DNA of 64,000 bases, taken from the NCBI GenBank assembly GCA_043821705.1, contig JBDRCN010000051.1, forward strand, positions 28,007 through 92,006. Direction: 5' to 3'. Of the stretch, positions 48,694-59,227 are shown piece by piece. The stretch comes from Candidatus Omnitrophota bacterium. Its GTDB lineage: Bacteria > Omnitrophota > Gorgyraeia > Gorgyraeales > Gorgyraeaceae. The notes below the pieces were generated by a model. That model saw only the letters and a list, made by a program, of their open reading frames with translations, made no database searches and was not told where the DNA came from. The position numbers and the translations under genes were made by a program. The stretch's first letter is position 1. Every line of letters begins with the position of its first letter.

Positions 48694-51600
48694 ATGTTCC
48701 ACTCAGATTTTGTACATCTACATGTACATACGCAATACAGTTTATTGGACGGCGCCTGCCTGATAAATAAACTGGTTGAGAGCGCTAGGCGAATGAAAAT
48801 GCCTGGTCTGGCTATCACTGACCACGGCAACATGTTTGGCGCAATAGAATTCTATCAAACCTGTATAAAAAACGGCGTAAAACCTATAATAGGCTGCGAG
48901 ATATACATTGCCCCTAATAGTAGATTAGACAAGACCATCTATGCAGGGGGCGAGACATCCAACCATCTTATCCTTCTTGTAAGAGATGAAGCTGGCTATC
49001 AAAATCTGATGAAGCTAGTGTCCATAGGTTATATGGAAGGGTTTTATTACAAACCCAGGATAGACAAGGAAGTCCTGTCTAAATATTCAGAAGGTTTGAT
49101 AGGCCTGTCAAGCTGCTTAAAGGGAGAGATCGCTAGGCTGGCTATGGAAGGCAAGATAGACAAGATAAAAGCCCTTACTTCTACTTACCAAGATATATTA
49201 GGAAAAGATAATTTCTACTTTGAGATCCAAGACAACCTCATCCCAGAACAAAAAAAAGTAAGCAAGATCCTCATAAAAGAGAGTAAAGACCTGGGCGTAA
49301 AGCTTGTAGCGACCAATGACGTGCATTATCTTACAAAAGAAAGCGCTAAGGCGCACGAGGCTCTTTTATGCATCCAGACACAGACCACGCTTCAAGATCC
49401 CAAAAGGATGAAGCTCCAGACAGAAGAATTTTATTTTAAATCACCCGAAGAGATGAAGGCGCTTTTTAAAGAAACCCCCGAAGCAATATCGAACACTATA
49501 GAGATAACTGAAAGATGTAATCTGGAACTGGATTTTTCAAAGACATACCTCCCTCATTATGCTGTCCCGAAAGAGATCAAACATGAAAAATATTTAAAGG
49601 ACCTATGCGAAGAAGGATTAAAGAAGAGATACCCCAATGCACCTAAAGAAGTAAGGGAGAGATTTGAGCACGAGCTCAGTGTCATCAACAAGGCAGGATA
49701 TACTAGTTATTTTTTAATAACATGGGATTTTGTGCATTATGCAAAAGACAATGGTATTGCAGTAGGCCCTGGCAGAGGATCGGCAGCTGGCAGCATAATA
49801 AGTTATTGTCTGGGCATAACAGATATAGACCCATTAAAGTATAATTTACTCTTCGAAAGATTTTTGAACGAAGAGAGGGTTACTATGCCTGATATCGACA
49901 TAGACTTCTGCTATGAGAACAGGGGCAAGGTAATAGAGTATGTCATAAACAAATATGGCCAGGAAAATGTAGCGCAGATCATAACATTTGGGACCATGGC
50001 AGCTAGAGGTGTCATCAGAGATGTGGGAAGAGTGATGAACGTGCCCTATGCAGATGTTGACAAAATAGCAAAATTAGTCCCAATGGACCTTAATATTACC
50101 CTCGATCTTGCGTTAGAACAAGAACCCGAATTAAAGGCGCTATACAAACAAGACCCTATCATAAAAGAATTGATCGACACATCAAAACATCTGGAAGGGC
50201 TCACAAGGCACGCTTCTACACACGCAGCAGGAGTTGTGATAAGCGAAGACCCTCTGGCAAACCATGTGCCGTTATTCAGGACCAGCGATGGTCAGGTCTC
50301 CACTGGATATGCAATGACATCGCTAGAAAAGATTGGCCTTTTGAAAATGGATTTTCTCGGGCTTAGGACTCTTACAGTCATACAGGAAGCGATCAAGATC
50401 ATCAAGAAAATAAAAGGTGTAGACCTCAACGAGACAGGCATTCCTATAGACGATGAAAAGACATATAAACTATTTAGCCGCGCAGAGACTACAGGAGTGT
50501 TCCAGCTGGAATCGTCAGGCATGAGAGATCTTCTAAAAAAATTAAAATCTGAAAGGTTTGAAGACATTGTAGCGCTCCTTGCTCTATATAGGCCTGGGCC
50601 TATTGGAAGTGGCATGTTGGATGATTTCATGAAGAGAAAACACGGCGAAGTAGAGGTGCAATATGACCACCCTCTTCTAGCATCAATACTTAAAGAGACT
50701 TACGGGATCATAGTATATCAGGAACAGGTGATGATGATCGTATCCAGTCTCGCTGGTTTTTCTCTCAGCCAAGCAGATATTTTAAGAAGGGCTATAGGAA
50801 AAAAGACCCCAGAGATAATGGACCAGCAGAGAAAGGCTTTTATAGACGGAGCTGTTAAAAATAAAATAGACAAAAGAATAGCTGAAAAAATATTTAATCT
50901 CATAGAGCATTTCGCAGGATATGGATTTAACAAAAGCCATTCAGCAGCGTACGCTATGATATCTTATAGGACAGCTTATCTTAAAGCGAATTATCCTGTG
51001 GAATTTATGACAGCGTTGCTGACCAGTGAAAAAGATAACACTGATAAGATCGTGCAGTATATAAATGAAGCTGAGAGGATGCATATAAAGATATTGCCTC
51101 CAGATGTAAATGAAAGTTTCGCAAATTTTACTATCACGAGCAATAATGCTATAAGATTCGGGTTGGGCGCGGTCAAGAATGTAGGGCTGGGTGCTATTGA
51201 AAGTATTGTAGCATCAAGACTCGAACAAGGGCTGTTCAAATCCCTTACTGAATTCTGCGAGAGAACAGATTCGAGGACAGTCAATAAAAAGATATTGGAG
51301 AGTTTGATCAAGTGCGGTGCCTATGATACGTTTGGTTTAAAGAGGGCGCAGCTTATGGCCATGCTCGCAGGTGCTATGGAAAAAGCAAATTCTATGCAAA
51401 AAGAAAAGTCCCTAGGCCAGATGACGCTTTTTAGTAATGATGATTACGAAGAAAAAGTGCCGGATATTAAAGAATGGCCAGAGGGACAGCTTTTAAATTT
51501 TGAAAAAGATATGCTTGGCTTTTATATCACAGGACATCCTTTGGCAAGATACAGCAAGATGCTCGGAGAATATTCTAGTGCAAATACTAAACAGTTAAAA

Positions 51601-52122
51601 AATCTAAAAGACGGTGCTAAAGTACGCTTCGGAGGGATAATATATAAGGTAAAACACACGATAACTAAAAGGACTGGCGAAAAGATGGCTATAATGATGA
51701 TGGAAGACCTCGAAGGACTAGTAGAGGCACTTGTATTCCCAGCTGCGTATAAAAAAGTCTCGAAGTTCGTTGTGGTAAACTTTGCAGCTTTTATCGAAGG
51801 CCGGTTGAGTCTAAAAGAAGAGAGGCCAAAGATCATAGTGGAAGAGATCATCCCTATTGACGAAGCAAGAGAACGTTTTACCAAATCTGTAGCTATAAAT
51901 CTAGTGTCATTAGGCATGGAAAATGATATTTTAGAACAATTAAAATCCCTGCTCAAAAGACACAGAGGCAATATACCTGTATATTTAAATGTTTCGACAA
52001 AAAGAAATGGCTCTTACCGTATCCAGATCGACAAGGACCTTTTTGTAACTCCCTCGAGTAAAATGGTTTCAGAGATAGAAGAACTCATCGGACAAGAACA
52101 CATCGCCTTCGAAAAAAACTAA
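48694..52122 (+). CDS. dnaE: DNA polymerase III alpha subunit
   Basis: HLHVHTQYSLLDG, GPGRGSAAGS, MPDIDIDF, YGFNKSHSAAY. Confidence 0.98.
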   Translation: MFHSDFVHLHVHTQYSLLDGACLINKLVESARRMKMPGLAITDHGNMFGAIEFYQTCIKNGVKPIIGCEIYIAPNSRLDKTIYAGGETSNHLILLVRDEAGYQNLMKLVSIGYMEGFYYKPRIDKEVLSKYSEGLIGLSSCLKGEIARLAMEGKIDKIKALTSTYQDILGKDNFYFEIQDNLIPEQKKVSKILIKESKDLGVKLVATNDVHYLTKESAKAHEALLCIQTQTTLQDPKRMKLQTEEFYFKSPEEMKALFKETPEAISNTIEITERCNLELDFSKTYLPHYAVPKEIKHEKYLKDLCEEGLKKRYPNAPKEVRERFEHELSVINKAGYTSYFLITWDFVHYAKDNGIAVGPGRGSAAGSIISYCLGITDIDPLKYNLLFERFLNEERVTMPDIDIDFCYENRGKVIEYVINKYGQENVAQIITFGTMAARGVIRDVGRVMNVPYADVDKIAKLVPMDLNITLDLALEQEPELKALYKQDPIIKELIDTSKHLEGLTRHASTHAAGVVISEDPLANHVPLFRTSDGQVSTGYAMTSLEKIGLLKMDFLGLRTLTVIQEAIKIIKKIKGVDLNETGIPIDDEKTYKLFSRAETTGVFQLESSGMRDLLKKLKSERFEDIVALLALYRPGPIGSGMLDDFMKRKHGEVEVQYDHPLLASILKETYGIIVYQEQVMMIVSSLAGFSLSQADILRRAIGKKTPEIMDQQRKAFIDGAVKNKIDKRIAEKIFNLIEHFAGYGFNKSHSAAYAMISYRTAYLKANYPVEFMTALLTSEKDNTDKIVQYINEAERMHIKILPPDVNESFANFTITSNNAIRFGLGAVKNVGLGAIESIVASRLEQGLFKSLTEFCERTDSRTVNKKILESLIKCGAYDTFGLKRAQLMAMLAGAMEKANSMQKEKSLGQMTLFSNDDYEEKVPDIKEWPEGQLLNFEKDMLGFYITGHPLARYSKMLGEYSSANTKQLKNLKDGAKVRFGGIIYKVKHTITKRTGEKMAIMMMEDLEGLVEALVFPAAYKKVSKFVVVNFAAFIEGRLSLKEERPKIIVEEIIPIDEARERFTKSVAINLVSLGMENDILEQLKSLLKRHRGNIPVYLNVSTKRNGSYRIQIDKDLFVTPSSKMVSEIEELIGQEHIAFEKN

Positions 52123-52415
52123 TCATATGAAAATTTCCTACATCTATCTGACAGTCCACCAGGCTGTCAGTAAGACTTAAATCTTCATATATCAAACCTA
52201 GACTGGGATCCTTTGGCGCATCAGGAACATAGCGGCATCCCGCAGTATTTAAGTGTGAAGTGTTCAAGGCTTTTAGAGCGAGATCGAGCCTGATTAAAGG
52301 CGAAAGCTCTATTCGGAGAACGAGCTCTAAACCGTAGAACACGGCGCGGTGTTCCAGCGCCAAAGGTTACAGGCTAGGGTTGGTTAATGTAGCAATGTAG
52401 GGACAGGACCCGCTG
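52123..52415. other. ~290-nt structured intergenic element
   Basis: Nested pairs cctacat/atgtagg, cctag/ctagg, cctttggcgc/gcgccaaagg, tttagagc/gctctaaa; ends share motifs with the 43.1-43.5 kb repeats. Confidence 0.55.
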
Positions 52416-52445
52416 ATAATAAAAAATTTTGGCCTACAAAAACTC

Positions 52446-52474
52446 TTGACATTAAAATCCCATCGTGTTACACT
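52446..52474 (+). promoter_or_regulatory. Sigma70 promoter of the HU/IHF gene
   Basis: TTGACA-17-TACACT with TG extension. Confidence 0.7.
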
Positions 52475-52518
52475 ACCCCTTGAAATTCAACTAGATAGGA
52501 AAAAACAAGGAGGAGCGT

Positions 52519-52791
52519 ATGACAAAAAAAGATATAGTGATCAAGATCGCCAATGAATCTGCTATAAAACAGATAGATGTCAAAAAGGTAGTACAGATGA
52601 CATTTGATTCTATAGTGGAAGCGCTTGAAAAAGGCGAGACAATAGAACTTCGTAATTTCGGCGTGTTCAAGACAAAATCCAGAAAAGGCCGCATGGGAAG
52701 AAACCCTAGAACTGGCGAGCAAGTGCCTGTTCAACCAAAACGAGTAGCTATATTTAAGCCAGGGCTTATCATGAAAGCCAAGGTTAAATAG
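52519..52791 (+). CDS. HU/IHF-family DNA-binding protein
   Basis: MTKKDIV, IELRNFGVF, GRNPRTGE, FKPG. Confidence 0.95.
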   Translation: MTKKDIVIKIANESAIKQIDVKKVVQMTFDSIVEALEKGETIELRNFGVFKTKSRKGRMGRNPRTGEQVPVQPKRVAIFKPGLIMKAKVK

Positions 52792-52830
52792 TTTTTAGTT
52801 GCTAGTTTTTAGTTGTTAGATGGTAGCTTG
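52789..52830. repeat. Six 7-bp tandem units (tagttNN)
   Basis: tagtttt tagttgc tagtttt tagttgt tagatgg tagcttg. Confidence 0.75.
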
Positions 52831-52848
52831 TAATCTGGAGAAAAGTGT

Positions 52849-54138
52849 ATGTTAAAAGCATTAAGAGGAACCAAGGATATCCTTCCGCAGGAAACTAAAC
52901 TGTGGCAATTCATAGAACAATCTGCCAGAGATATATTCTCTATATATAACTATAAGGAGATAAGGACCCCAGTTATAGAAGAGGCATCTCTTTTTATAAG
53001 AAGCATAGGAGATGCTACAGACATTGTACAAAAAGAGATGTATGTCTTTACAGACAGGGGTGAAAGGACCATTGCCTTAAGACCTGAAGCAACTGCGTCT
53101 ATAGTAAGAGCGTATATTGAAAATTCATTAGGCCAAGATCAATTTATTTCCAAATTATTCTATATCGGCCCTATGTTTAGAAGCGAGAGGCCGCAGAAAG
53201 GCCGTCAGAGACAGTTCCATCAGTTAGGAGCTGAGGTCATTGGATCCGATAATCCGTATGTCGATGTAGAGGTCATTACCTTGGCTGTGAAGTTCTTGGA
53301 AAGATTGAACATAAAAGATATAGAACTGAAGATAAATAGTCTCGGATGCAAAAAAGACAAGGCCGACCTTATTGAAAAATACCGCACTGCAGTTAAGCCT
53401 TACCTGGGTTCATTGTGTAGCGAGTGCAATAGCCGTTTTAAGAAAAATGTCCTTAGGGTATTTGACTGCAAAAATCCTGATTGTAAAAAGATAGTAGAGA
53501 AAGTCAAGTCCGTAGAGGTGCTATGTCCTGACTGCAAGGATCATTTTGATGTAGTGAAGGCCAAACTAAAAGAAAACAACATTGCATTTAGTGTGGAAAA
53601 AAAAATAGTCAGAGGTCTGGATTATTACACTAAAACTGTGTTTGAGATCTCACAAAAGGATCTGGGCGCAAAAGATGCCATATGTGCGGGAGGTAGGTAT
53701 AATGATCTAGTGAAGGAGATGGGAGGAAAAGATGTTCCTGCCATAGGTTTTGCTTTTGGCATAGAAAGGCTCATAATGGCCATGAAAGATATTTCAGTAA
53801 AAGCGAAAGATGGCTTAGATTTTTTTATCGTGACTACAGCTGACACTTTATTTGAAGAGGCATTTAAGCTAGTCTCCAACCTAAGAGATTCTGAACTTTC
53901 AAAAGATAACGCCATTTCTTATGAAATAGATTTTGAAAACAGGCCTTTAAAGTCGCAGATGAAAAAAGCCCAGAAACAAAACGCAAGATTTGTCATTCTT
54001 CTAGGAGAAGATGAGATAAAAAGGAACAAGATCATATTCAAGAACATGACTTCTGGAGAACAGGAAGAAGTAGGGTACGACGAAAAAACTATTCTAGATA
54101 AAATACAGGCATTACAAAAAGAAGGATCATTAAAATGA
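52849..54138 (+). CDS. hisS: Histidine--tRNA ligase
   Basis: LRPEATA, FRSERPQKGRQRQFHQ, VRGLDYYT, GGRYN, GFAFGIER. Confidence 0.97.
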   Translation: MLKALRGTKDILPQETKLWQFIEQSARDIFSIYNYKEIRTPVIEEASLFIRSIGDATDIVQKEMYVFTDRGERTIALRPEATASIVRAYIENSLGQDQFISKLFYIGPMFRSERPQKGRQRQFHQLGAEVIGSDNPYVDVEVITLAVKFLERLNIKDIELKINSLGCKKDKADLIEKYRTAVKPYLGSLCSECNSRFKKNVLRVFDCKNPDCKKIVEKVKSVEVLCPDCKDHFDVVKAKLKENNIAFSVEKKIVRGLDYYTKTVFEISQKDLGAKDAICAGGRYNDLVKEMGGKDVPAIGFAFGIERLIMAMKDISVKAKDGLDFFIVTTADTLFEEAFKLVSNLRDSELSKDNAISYEIDFENRPLKSQMKKAQKQNARFVILLGEDEIKRNKIIFKNMTSGEQEEVGYDEKTILDKIQALQKEGSLK

Positions 54139-55505
54139 TGACCAAGCGTACGCATACATGTGGGGAATTGACTTTGAGTGATATTGGAAAAAAAGCTATC
54201 CTTATTGGCTGGGTGCATAAAAGGCGCGATCATGGAAAGCTTATTTTTATTGATATAAGAGATAGATGTGGGATCACGCAGATAGTATTCTTTAAGATGA
54301 AAGAAGCCGAGGTCCTTAGGAGTGAATATGTCATAAGAGCAACAGGTGTTGTGCAAAAGAGGCCTAAGGGAACAGAAAATTTAAAGATCGTGACAGGTGA
54401 GGTAGAATTGGGAGTAGAAAGCTTCGAGATATTGAATGCTTCCAAGACGCCTCCGTTCGAGCTGGATAATATGACAGAGGTCTCTGAAGAGTTAAGGCTT
54501 AAATATAGATATATAGATCTACGAAGGCCTGAGGTCCAGCAGAGGATAATGTTTCGTCACAAGGTATGTAAAGCCATGAGGGACTTCCTTGATAAGGAGA
54601 ATTTTATAGAAGTTGAAACACCTATACTTACAAAGTCCACTCCGGAAGGCGCAAGAGATTTTTTAGTACCTTCGCGTTTAAACTGGGGCAAGTTCTTCGC
54701 TCTCCCGCAATCTCCACAGCTTTTCAAGCAGCTTTTAATGGTAGCTGGTTTTGAAAGGTATTTTCAGATAGCCAAGTGTTTTAGAGATGAGGACCTACGC
54801 TCTGACAGACAGCCTGAATTTACCCAACTGGACATGGAGCTTTCTTTTATAGATGAAGAAGATATCTTTAACATAACAGAGGGGCTTTTTTCATATGTAT
54901 TCAAGGAGACTCTAGGAATAGAACTCAAGACGCCTTTTCCAAGACTGAGCCATAAAGAGGCAATGGAAAAATATAAATCTGACAAACCTGACCTAAGAAA
55001 AGACAAGGAAGGTTTTGAGTTTTTATGGGTGTACCATTTTCCATTATTTAAATTCAATAAGGATGAAAAGAGATGGGATATGGAGCACCATCCTTTTACC
55101 TCTCCTGTAAAAGAAGATATCCCATTGATAGATTCTTCGCCTAAGAAGGTTCGGTCCCTTGCATATGACCTAGTGATAAACGGCGTCGAGATAGCAAGTG
55201 GAAGCATAAGGATACACCAGAGAGAACTTCAGGAGAAGATCTTCGAGAAAATAGGCCTAGACATGGAACACGCAAAAGAACGATTTGGTTTTTTATTAGA
55301 GGCTTTTAGTTATGGTGCACCACCTCATGGAGGCATAGCATTTGGATTAGACAGGCTTTTATCTTTAATGTGTAAAGTAGAAAGCATAAGAGAGGTCATT
55401 GCTTTTCCTAAAACACAGAGAGCATCTTCTCCTATGACAGAAGCGCCGTCTAGCGTAGACCCAAAACAATTAAAAGAATTAGGAATAAAATTAGAAAAAA
55501 AATAA
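54135..55505 (+). CDS. aspS: Aspartate--tRNA ligase, short form without GAD domain
   Basis: RTHTCGEL, RDHG, STPEGARDF, LPQSPQLFKQ, GAPPHGGIAFGLDR. Confidence 0.95.
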   Translation: MMTKRTHTCGELTLSDIGKKAILIGWVHKRRDHGKLIFIDIRDRCGITQIVFFKMKEAEVLRSEYVIRATGVVQKRPKGTENLKIVTGEVELGVESFEILNASKTPPFELDNMTEVSEELRLKYRYIDLRRPEVQQRIMFRHKVCKAMRDFLDKENFIEVETPILTKSTPEGARDFLVPSRLNWGKFFALPQSPQLFKQLLMVAGFERYFQIAKCFRDEDLRSDRQPEFTQLDMELSFIDEEDIFNITEGLFSYVFKETLGIELKTPFPRLSHKEAMEKYKSDKPDLRKDKEGFEFLWVYHFPLFKFNKDEKRWDMEHHPFTSPVKEDIPLIDSSPKKVRSLAYDLVINGVEIASGSIRIHQRELQEKIFEKIGLDMEHAKERFGFLLEAFSYGAPPHGGIAFGLDRLLSLMCKVESIREVIAFPKTQRASSPMTEAPSSVDPKQLKELGIKLEKK

Positions 55506-55515
55506 GGGAGGATAT

Positions 55516-56070
55516 ATGAAAAAATGTTTTTCAGTAACTTTGTTGTGCATGGTATTTTGTATTACGGGATGCGCTGTCAGGACCATCCCTTATGAGGCTG
55601 AAAGAGTAGACCAGGAACTGACTGGGAACCGCGGGGTAGTCGGAGGAGACCCTAGCAGCCTACCTCAGACAGAGAGAAAAAAGACGAAACGCATGTATAA
55701 TATCGAGATAGAACTCCCATCAAGATTCGATAGGAATAAAAGAGGAGAAAAACTAAACAAAGGTTATATCTCAAGTAAAGATGTGCTAGAGGCCAAAGAT
55801 AGGCCTGCCAGTGCAGTGGCTGTAGAGGCTCCTTCTAAAACAACTTCTATTGTAGAAGTCAAAACAGGAACCTCTAAGACAAGTATTGAAAATAAGAAAT
55901 ACATTGTCCAGAATGGTGATACATTGCAAAAGATATCAGACAAGTTTTATGGCACTGTAAAACAATGGAACAAGATATACGAAGCTAATAGAGCTGTCAT
56001 GGATAGCCCTGACAATATTAAACCAGGTATGGAATTAATAATACCAGGCGAGACGCAATGGAAAAAGTAA
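55516..56070 (+). CDS. LysM-domain lipoprotein
   Basis: Lipobox-like ITGC; YIVQNGDTLQKIS.KFYG..WNKIYEAN..IKPGMELIIP. Confidence 0.85.
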   Translation: MKKCFSVTLLCMVFCITGCAVRTIPYEAERVDQELTGNRGVVGGDPSSLPQTERKKTKRMYNIEIELPSRFDRNKRGEKLNKGYISSKDVLEAKDRPASAVAVEAPSKTTSIVEVKTGTSKTSIENKKYIVQNGDTLQKISDKFYGTVKQWNKIYEANRAVMDSPDNIKPGMELIIPGETQWKK

Positions 56071-57011
56071 TACCTGTAAATAATACCGAGGAAGTAAAAG
56101 TTCTATTTGGAAAATGTGACGAGAATCTGAGGCTTGTTGAATCGAGTTTCGATGTAAAGGTGAATTATAGAAATGATAGCATAGTCATAAAAGGAGATAA
56201 GGGCGCTGCTAGTAAATGCTCAAGGCTCTTCGAAGAACTTCTGCAGGTCTTGCGTAGAGGAGGCACTATAAAAAGGGATGAGATATCTTATTCTATCAAG
56301 TCTTTTAAGAACGACCCAACTATGGACATAAAGGATATTTATCTTGATAAGATAGAGGTCTCTTCTAAGAGACAGTTCATCACTCCCAAGACCGAGGGGC
56401 AAAAAAGATATATTGATGCAATAAGACAGTATGACATAGTCTTTGGAAGCGGCCCAGCAGGAACTGGCAAGACCTATCTTGCTATGGCAATGGCTGTGAA
56501 CGCCCTAAAGAAACAATTGGTCTCGAGGATAATACTGACCAGGCCTGCGATAGAGGCAGGCGAGAGCCTTGGTTTTTTACCAGGAGATCTGTACGAAAAG
56601 GTAACGCCTTACCTTAGACCTCTTTACGATGCATTGTACGATATGATGGAGCCAAGCAGGATACAGGATTACATAGAAAGAGGGGTAATAGAGGTCGCAC
56701 CCCTTGCTTACATGCGAGGCAGGACATTAAATGATTCTTTTATAATACTAGACGAGGCGCAGAACTCTACAAAAGACCAGATGAAGATGTTCCTTACGAG
56801 GCTGGGTTTTGATTCAAAGACTGTGATAACAGGAGATGCTACTCAGAGCGATCTGCCTCTAAAAGAGAATTCAGGACTTACCCATGCCTACACTATACTT
56901 AATGGGATAAAGGATATAAAGTTTATTGATTTTAGCGGCAAAGATGTTGTCAGGCACCCATTGGTGATGGCAATAATAGAAGCATACGAAAAAGACAAGG
57001 ACGTGTCATGA
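56058..57011 (+). CDS. phoH: PhoH-family ATPase
   Basis: GPAGTGKTYLA, LGFLPGD, APLAYMRGRTL, DVVRHPLV. Confidence 0.95.
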   Translation: MEKVIPVNNTEEVKVLFGKCDENLRLVESSFDVKVNYRNDSIVIKGDKGAASKCSRLFEELLQVLRRGGTIKRDEISYSIKSFKNDPTMDIKDIYLDKIEVSSKRQFITPKTEGQKRYIDAIRQYDIVFGSGPAGTGKTYLAMAMAVNALKKQLVSRIILTRPAIEAGESLGFLPGDLYEKVTPYLRPLYDALYDMMEPSRIQDYIERGVIEVAPLAYMRGRTLNDSFIILDEAQNSTKDQMKMFLTRLGFDSKTVITGDATQSDLPLKENSGLTHAYTILNGIKDIKFIDFSGKDVVRHPLVMAIIEAYEKDKDVS

Positions 57012-59227
57012 GAAAAAATCTTAACAAGAAAAAGAGGGCTCCTAACCCAAACCTCTTATCGCATATTTTAATAGCTTTTATAACATGCCTGCTTTTAGTG
57101 GGTATAATGCAGTGGGACAAAGGGCTTTTTGAAGCTGGTTTTCGCGAAGGTGATATAGCGCTTAGGGACGTATACGCGCCATATAAATTTAGTGTAAAAG
57201 GGGACATTGATATACTGAAGACCGAGGAGAAAAAAAAAGAGGCCATAAGTGAATTGCTGCCAGTTTTTATATACGACGCGACATTAAAGGTCAAGCCGCT
57301 CGAGAAGATAACCTCTTTTATAAAAGAGATCGAAGCTCTACAAAAGATAGATGAAACCCTCGAAGAACCAAAGAGAGAGGTCAGTAAATCAGAAGAACTG
57401 GAAAGAATAGCAACTATCTATAATTTTCCATTACCTTTAGCCAAGAATATAATGGAAGCAAAGGACGTCAAAGTACTTGTTGATAAGGCTTCTATCGTGA
57501 TGGATGAGGTAATGGGGAAAAATATAATATCTAACAAGGATCTTACTTATCTTGATAGAGAAAAAACAGAAAGTATAGCTATCGTGAACACTGATTCAAA
57601 AGAGAGGAATATTGTGAAAATAAGTAACCTGCTCTTACTGGATCAGATGAAGGAAGAAATAGAAAAAAGCATGTCTCTTATTAAGGAAAAGAAAGACCGC
57701 CAGATCGCTAGAGACCTGATCAGCGCTACACTAATAGCAAACACCAGGTATAGCAAAGAGACTACAGATGCAGAAAAGAAATCCATTGTCAATGAGATAG
57801 AACCTGTTTACAAGACCATAGAGGTCAAGAAGAACGAGCTCATCATAAACAAAGGAGAGCGTATAGGTAAGGAGCATATAGCCAAACTAAAAGGTATACA
57901 GCAGAATGTCTCACAGGCCACGAGGCTTGGCGGAATACTTGCTGTAATTATCCTGGTAGGTCTTTTTATGTTGCTCCTTTCAATGTACATAAATATCTAT
58001 GATCCAGAGATCATCAAAGGCAATAAGGAGATGGTGCTTTTAGCCACAGTCTGCATATTGACCATAATGGCAGCTAAAGTAATAGTAATATCCCCTTGGC
58101 CTAGCAATCTTATCCCAGTAGCTGTCGCATCCATGTTAATAGCAATACTTTTAAATAGCCGCCTTGCATTAATAACCACGTGTTTCTTAAGTATTATCGT
58201 GGGTATCATATCTGGAAGCAGACTTGATATCACAGGGGTTTCTCTTGTGGGAGGCGTAATAGGTATATTTGCAATGAAGGGAGTAAGAAGGCGTTCACAG
58301 GTCTTGCAAGCTGGGCTTTCAGTAGGGTGTGCGAACATGAGTTATTTTATAGCTATGGGGCTTATAAGGGCACTTGATTTTAATACCTATATAGTAGAAA
58401 GCTTATTTGGTCTGGCGAATGGTATTATGTCTGCCATTATAGTGACAGGTGTCTTGCCGTTTTTTGAGAATGCTTTCAAGATATCGACTGATATCAGCCT
58501 GTTGGAATTATCAGACCTAAACCATCCTCTGTTAAAAGAAATGGTCATAAAAGCACCTGGGACGTACCACCATAGTCTAGTGGTGGGGAATCTTGCTGAG
58601 GCAGCATGTGAAGCAATAGGAGCAAATTCTCTATTAGCTCGAGTGGGCTCCTATTTTCATGATATAGGCAAAATAGATAAGTCTTCATACTTCAGCGAAA
58701 ACCAGGGGATGGGTTCTTCAAATCACGATAAACTATCACCTACGATGAGCAGCCTCATCATCACTAAGCACGTCAAGAACGGCGTAGAATTAGCAAGCGA
58801 ATATAAATTAAATAGAAAGATAAAAGATATAATAAACCAGCATCATGGCACAGGGCTTGTGTTTTATTTCTTCAAGAGGGCATTGGAGAAAAAAGGGGAC
58901 GAAGACATAGGAGAAGAATCTTTTAGGTATCCAGGTCCAAAGCCTCAGACAAAAGAAGCTGCATGCGTGCTATTGGCTGACTCAGTAGAGGCAGCGTCTA
59001 GGACATTGGACGAGCCTACGCCTTCCAGAATAAAAGGCTTGGTAAGAAAGATCATAAACAATAAATTCATCGACGGACAGCTGGATGAATGCGATCTTAC
59101 GCTTAGCGATCTGGAAAGAATAGCAGAAGTCTTTACTCATATATTAACTGGGATATTCCATACAAGAGTAGAATATCCTGATGATACAGAGATGAACACT
59201 AACTCAAAAAATAATTCTAAGAAATGA
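57008..59227 (+). CDS. 7TM-HD phosphohydrolase (PgpH/YqfF-like)
   Basis: Extracytoplasmic domain, 7 TMs, APGTYHHS, HDIGK, QHHGT, ADSVEAA. Confidence 0.9.
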   Translation: MRKNLNKKKRAPNPNLLSHILIAFITCLLLVGIMQWDKGLFEAGFREGDIALRDVYAPYKFSVKGDIDILKTEEKKKEAISELLPVFIYDATLKVKPLEKITSFIKEIEALQKIDETLEEPKREVSKSEELERIATIYNFPLPLAKNIMEAKDVKVLVDKASIVMDEVMGKNIISNKDLTYLDREKTESIAIVNTDSKERNIVKISNLLLLDQMKEEIEKSMSLIKEKKDRQIARDLISATLIANTRYSKETTDAEKKSIVNEIEPVYKTIEVKKNELIINKGERIGKEHIAKLKGIQQNVSQATRLGGILAVIILVGLFMLLLSMYINIYDPEIIKGNKEMVLLATVCILTIMAAKVIVISPWPSNLIPVAVASMLIAILLNSRLALITTCFLSIIVGIISGSRLDITGVSLVGGVIGIFAMKGVRRRSQVLQAGLSVGCANMSYFIAMGLIRALDFNTYIVESLFGLANGIMSAIIVTGVLPFFENAFKISTDISLLELSDLNHPLLKEMVIKAPGTYHHSLVVGNLAEAACEAIGANSLLARVGSYFHDIGKIDKSSYFSENQGMGSSNHDKLSPTMSSLIITKHVKNGVELASEYKLNRKIKDIINQHHGTGLVFYFFKRALEKKGDEDIGEESFRYPGPKPQTKEAACVLLADSVEAASRTLDEPTPSRIKGLVRKIINNKFIDGQLDECDLTLSDLERIAEVFTHILTGIFHTRVEYPDDTEMNTNSKNNSKK

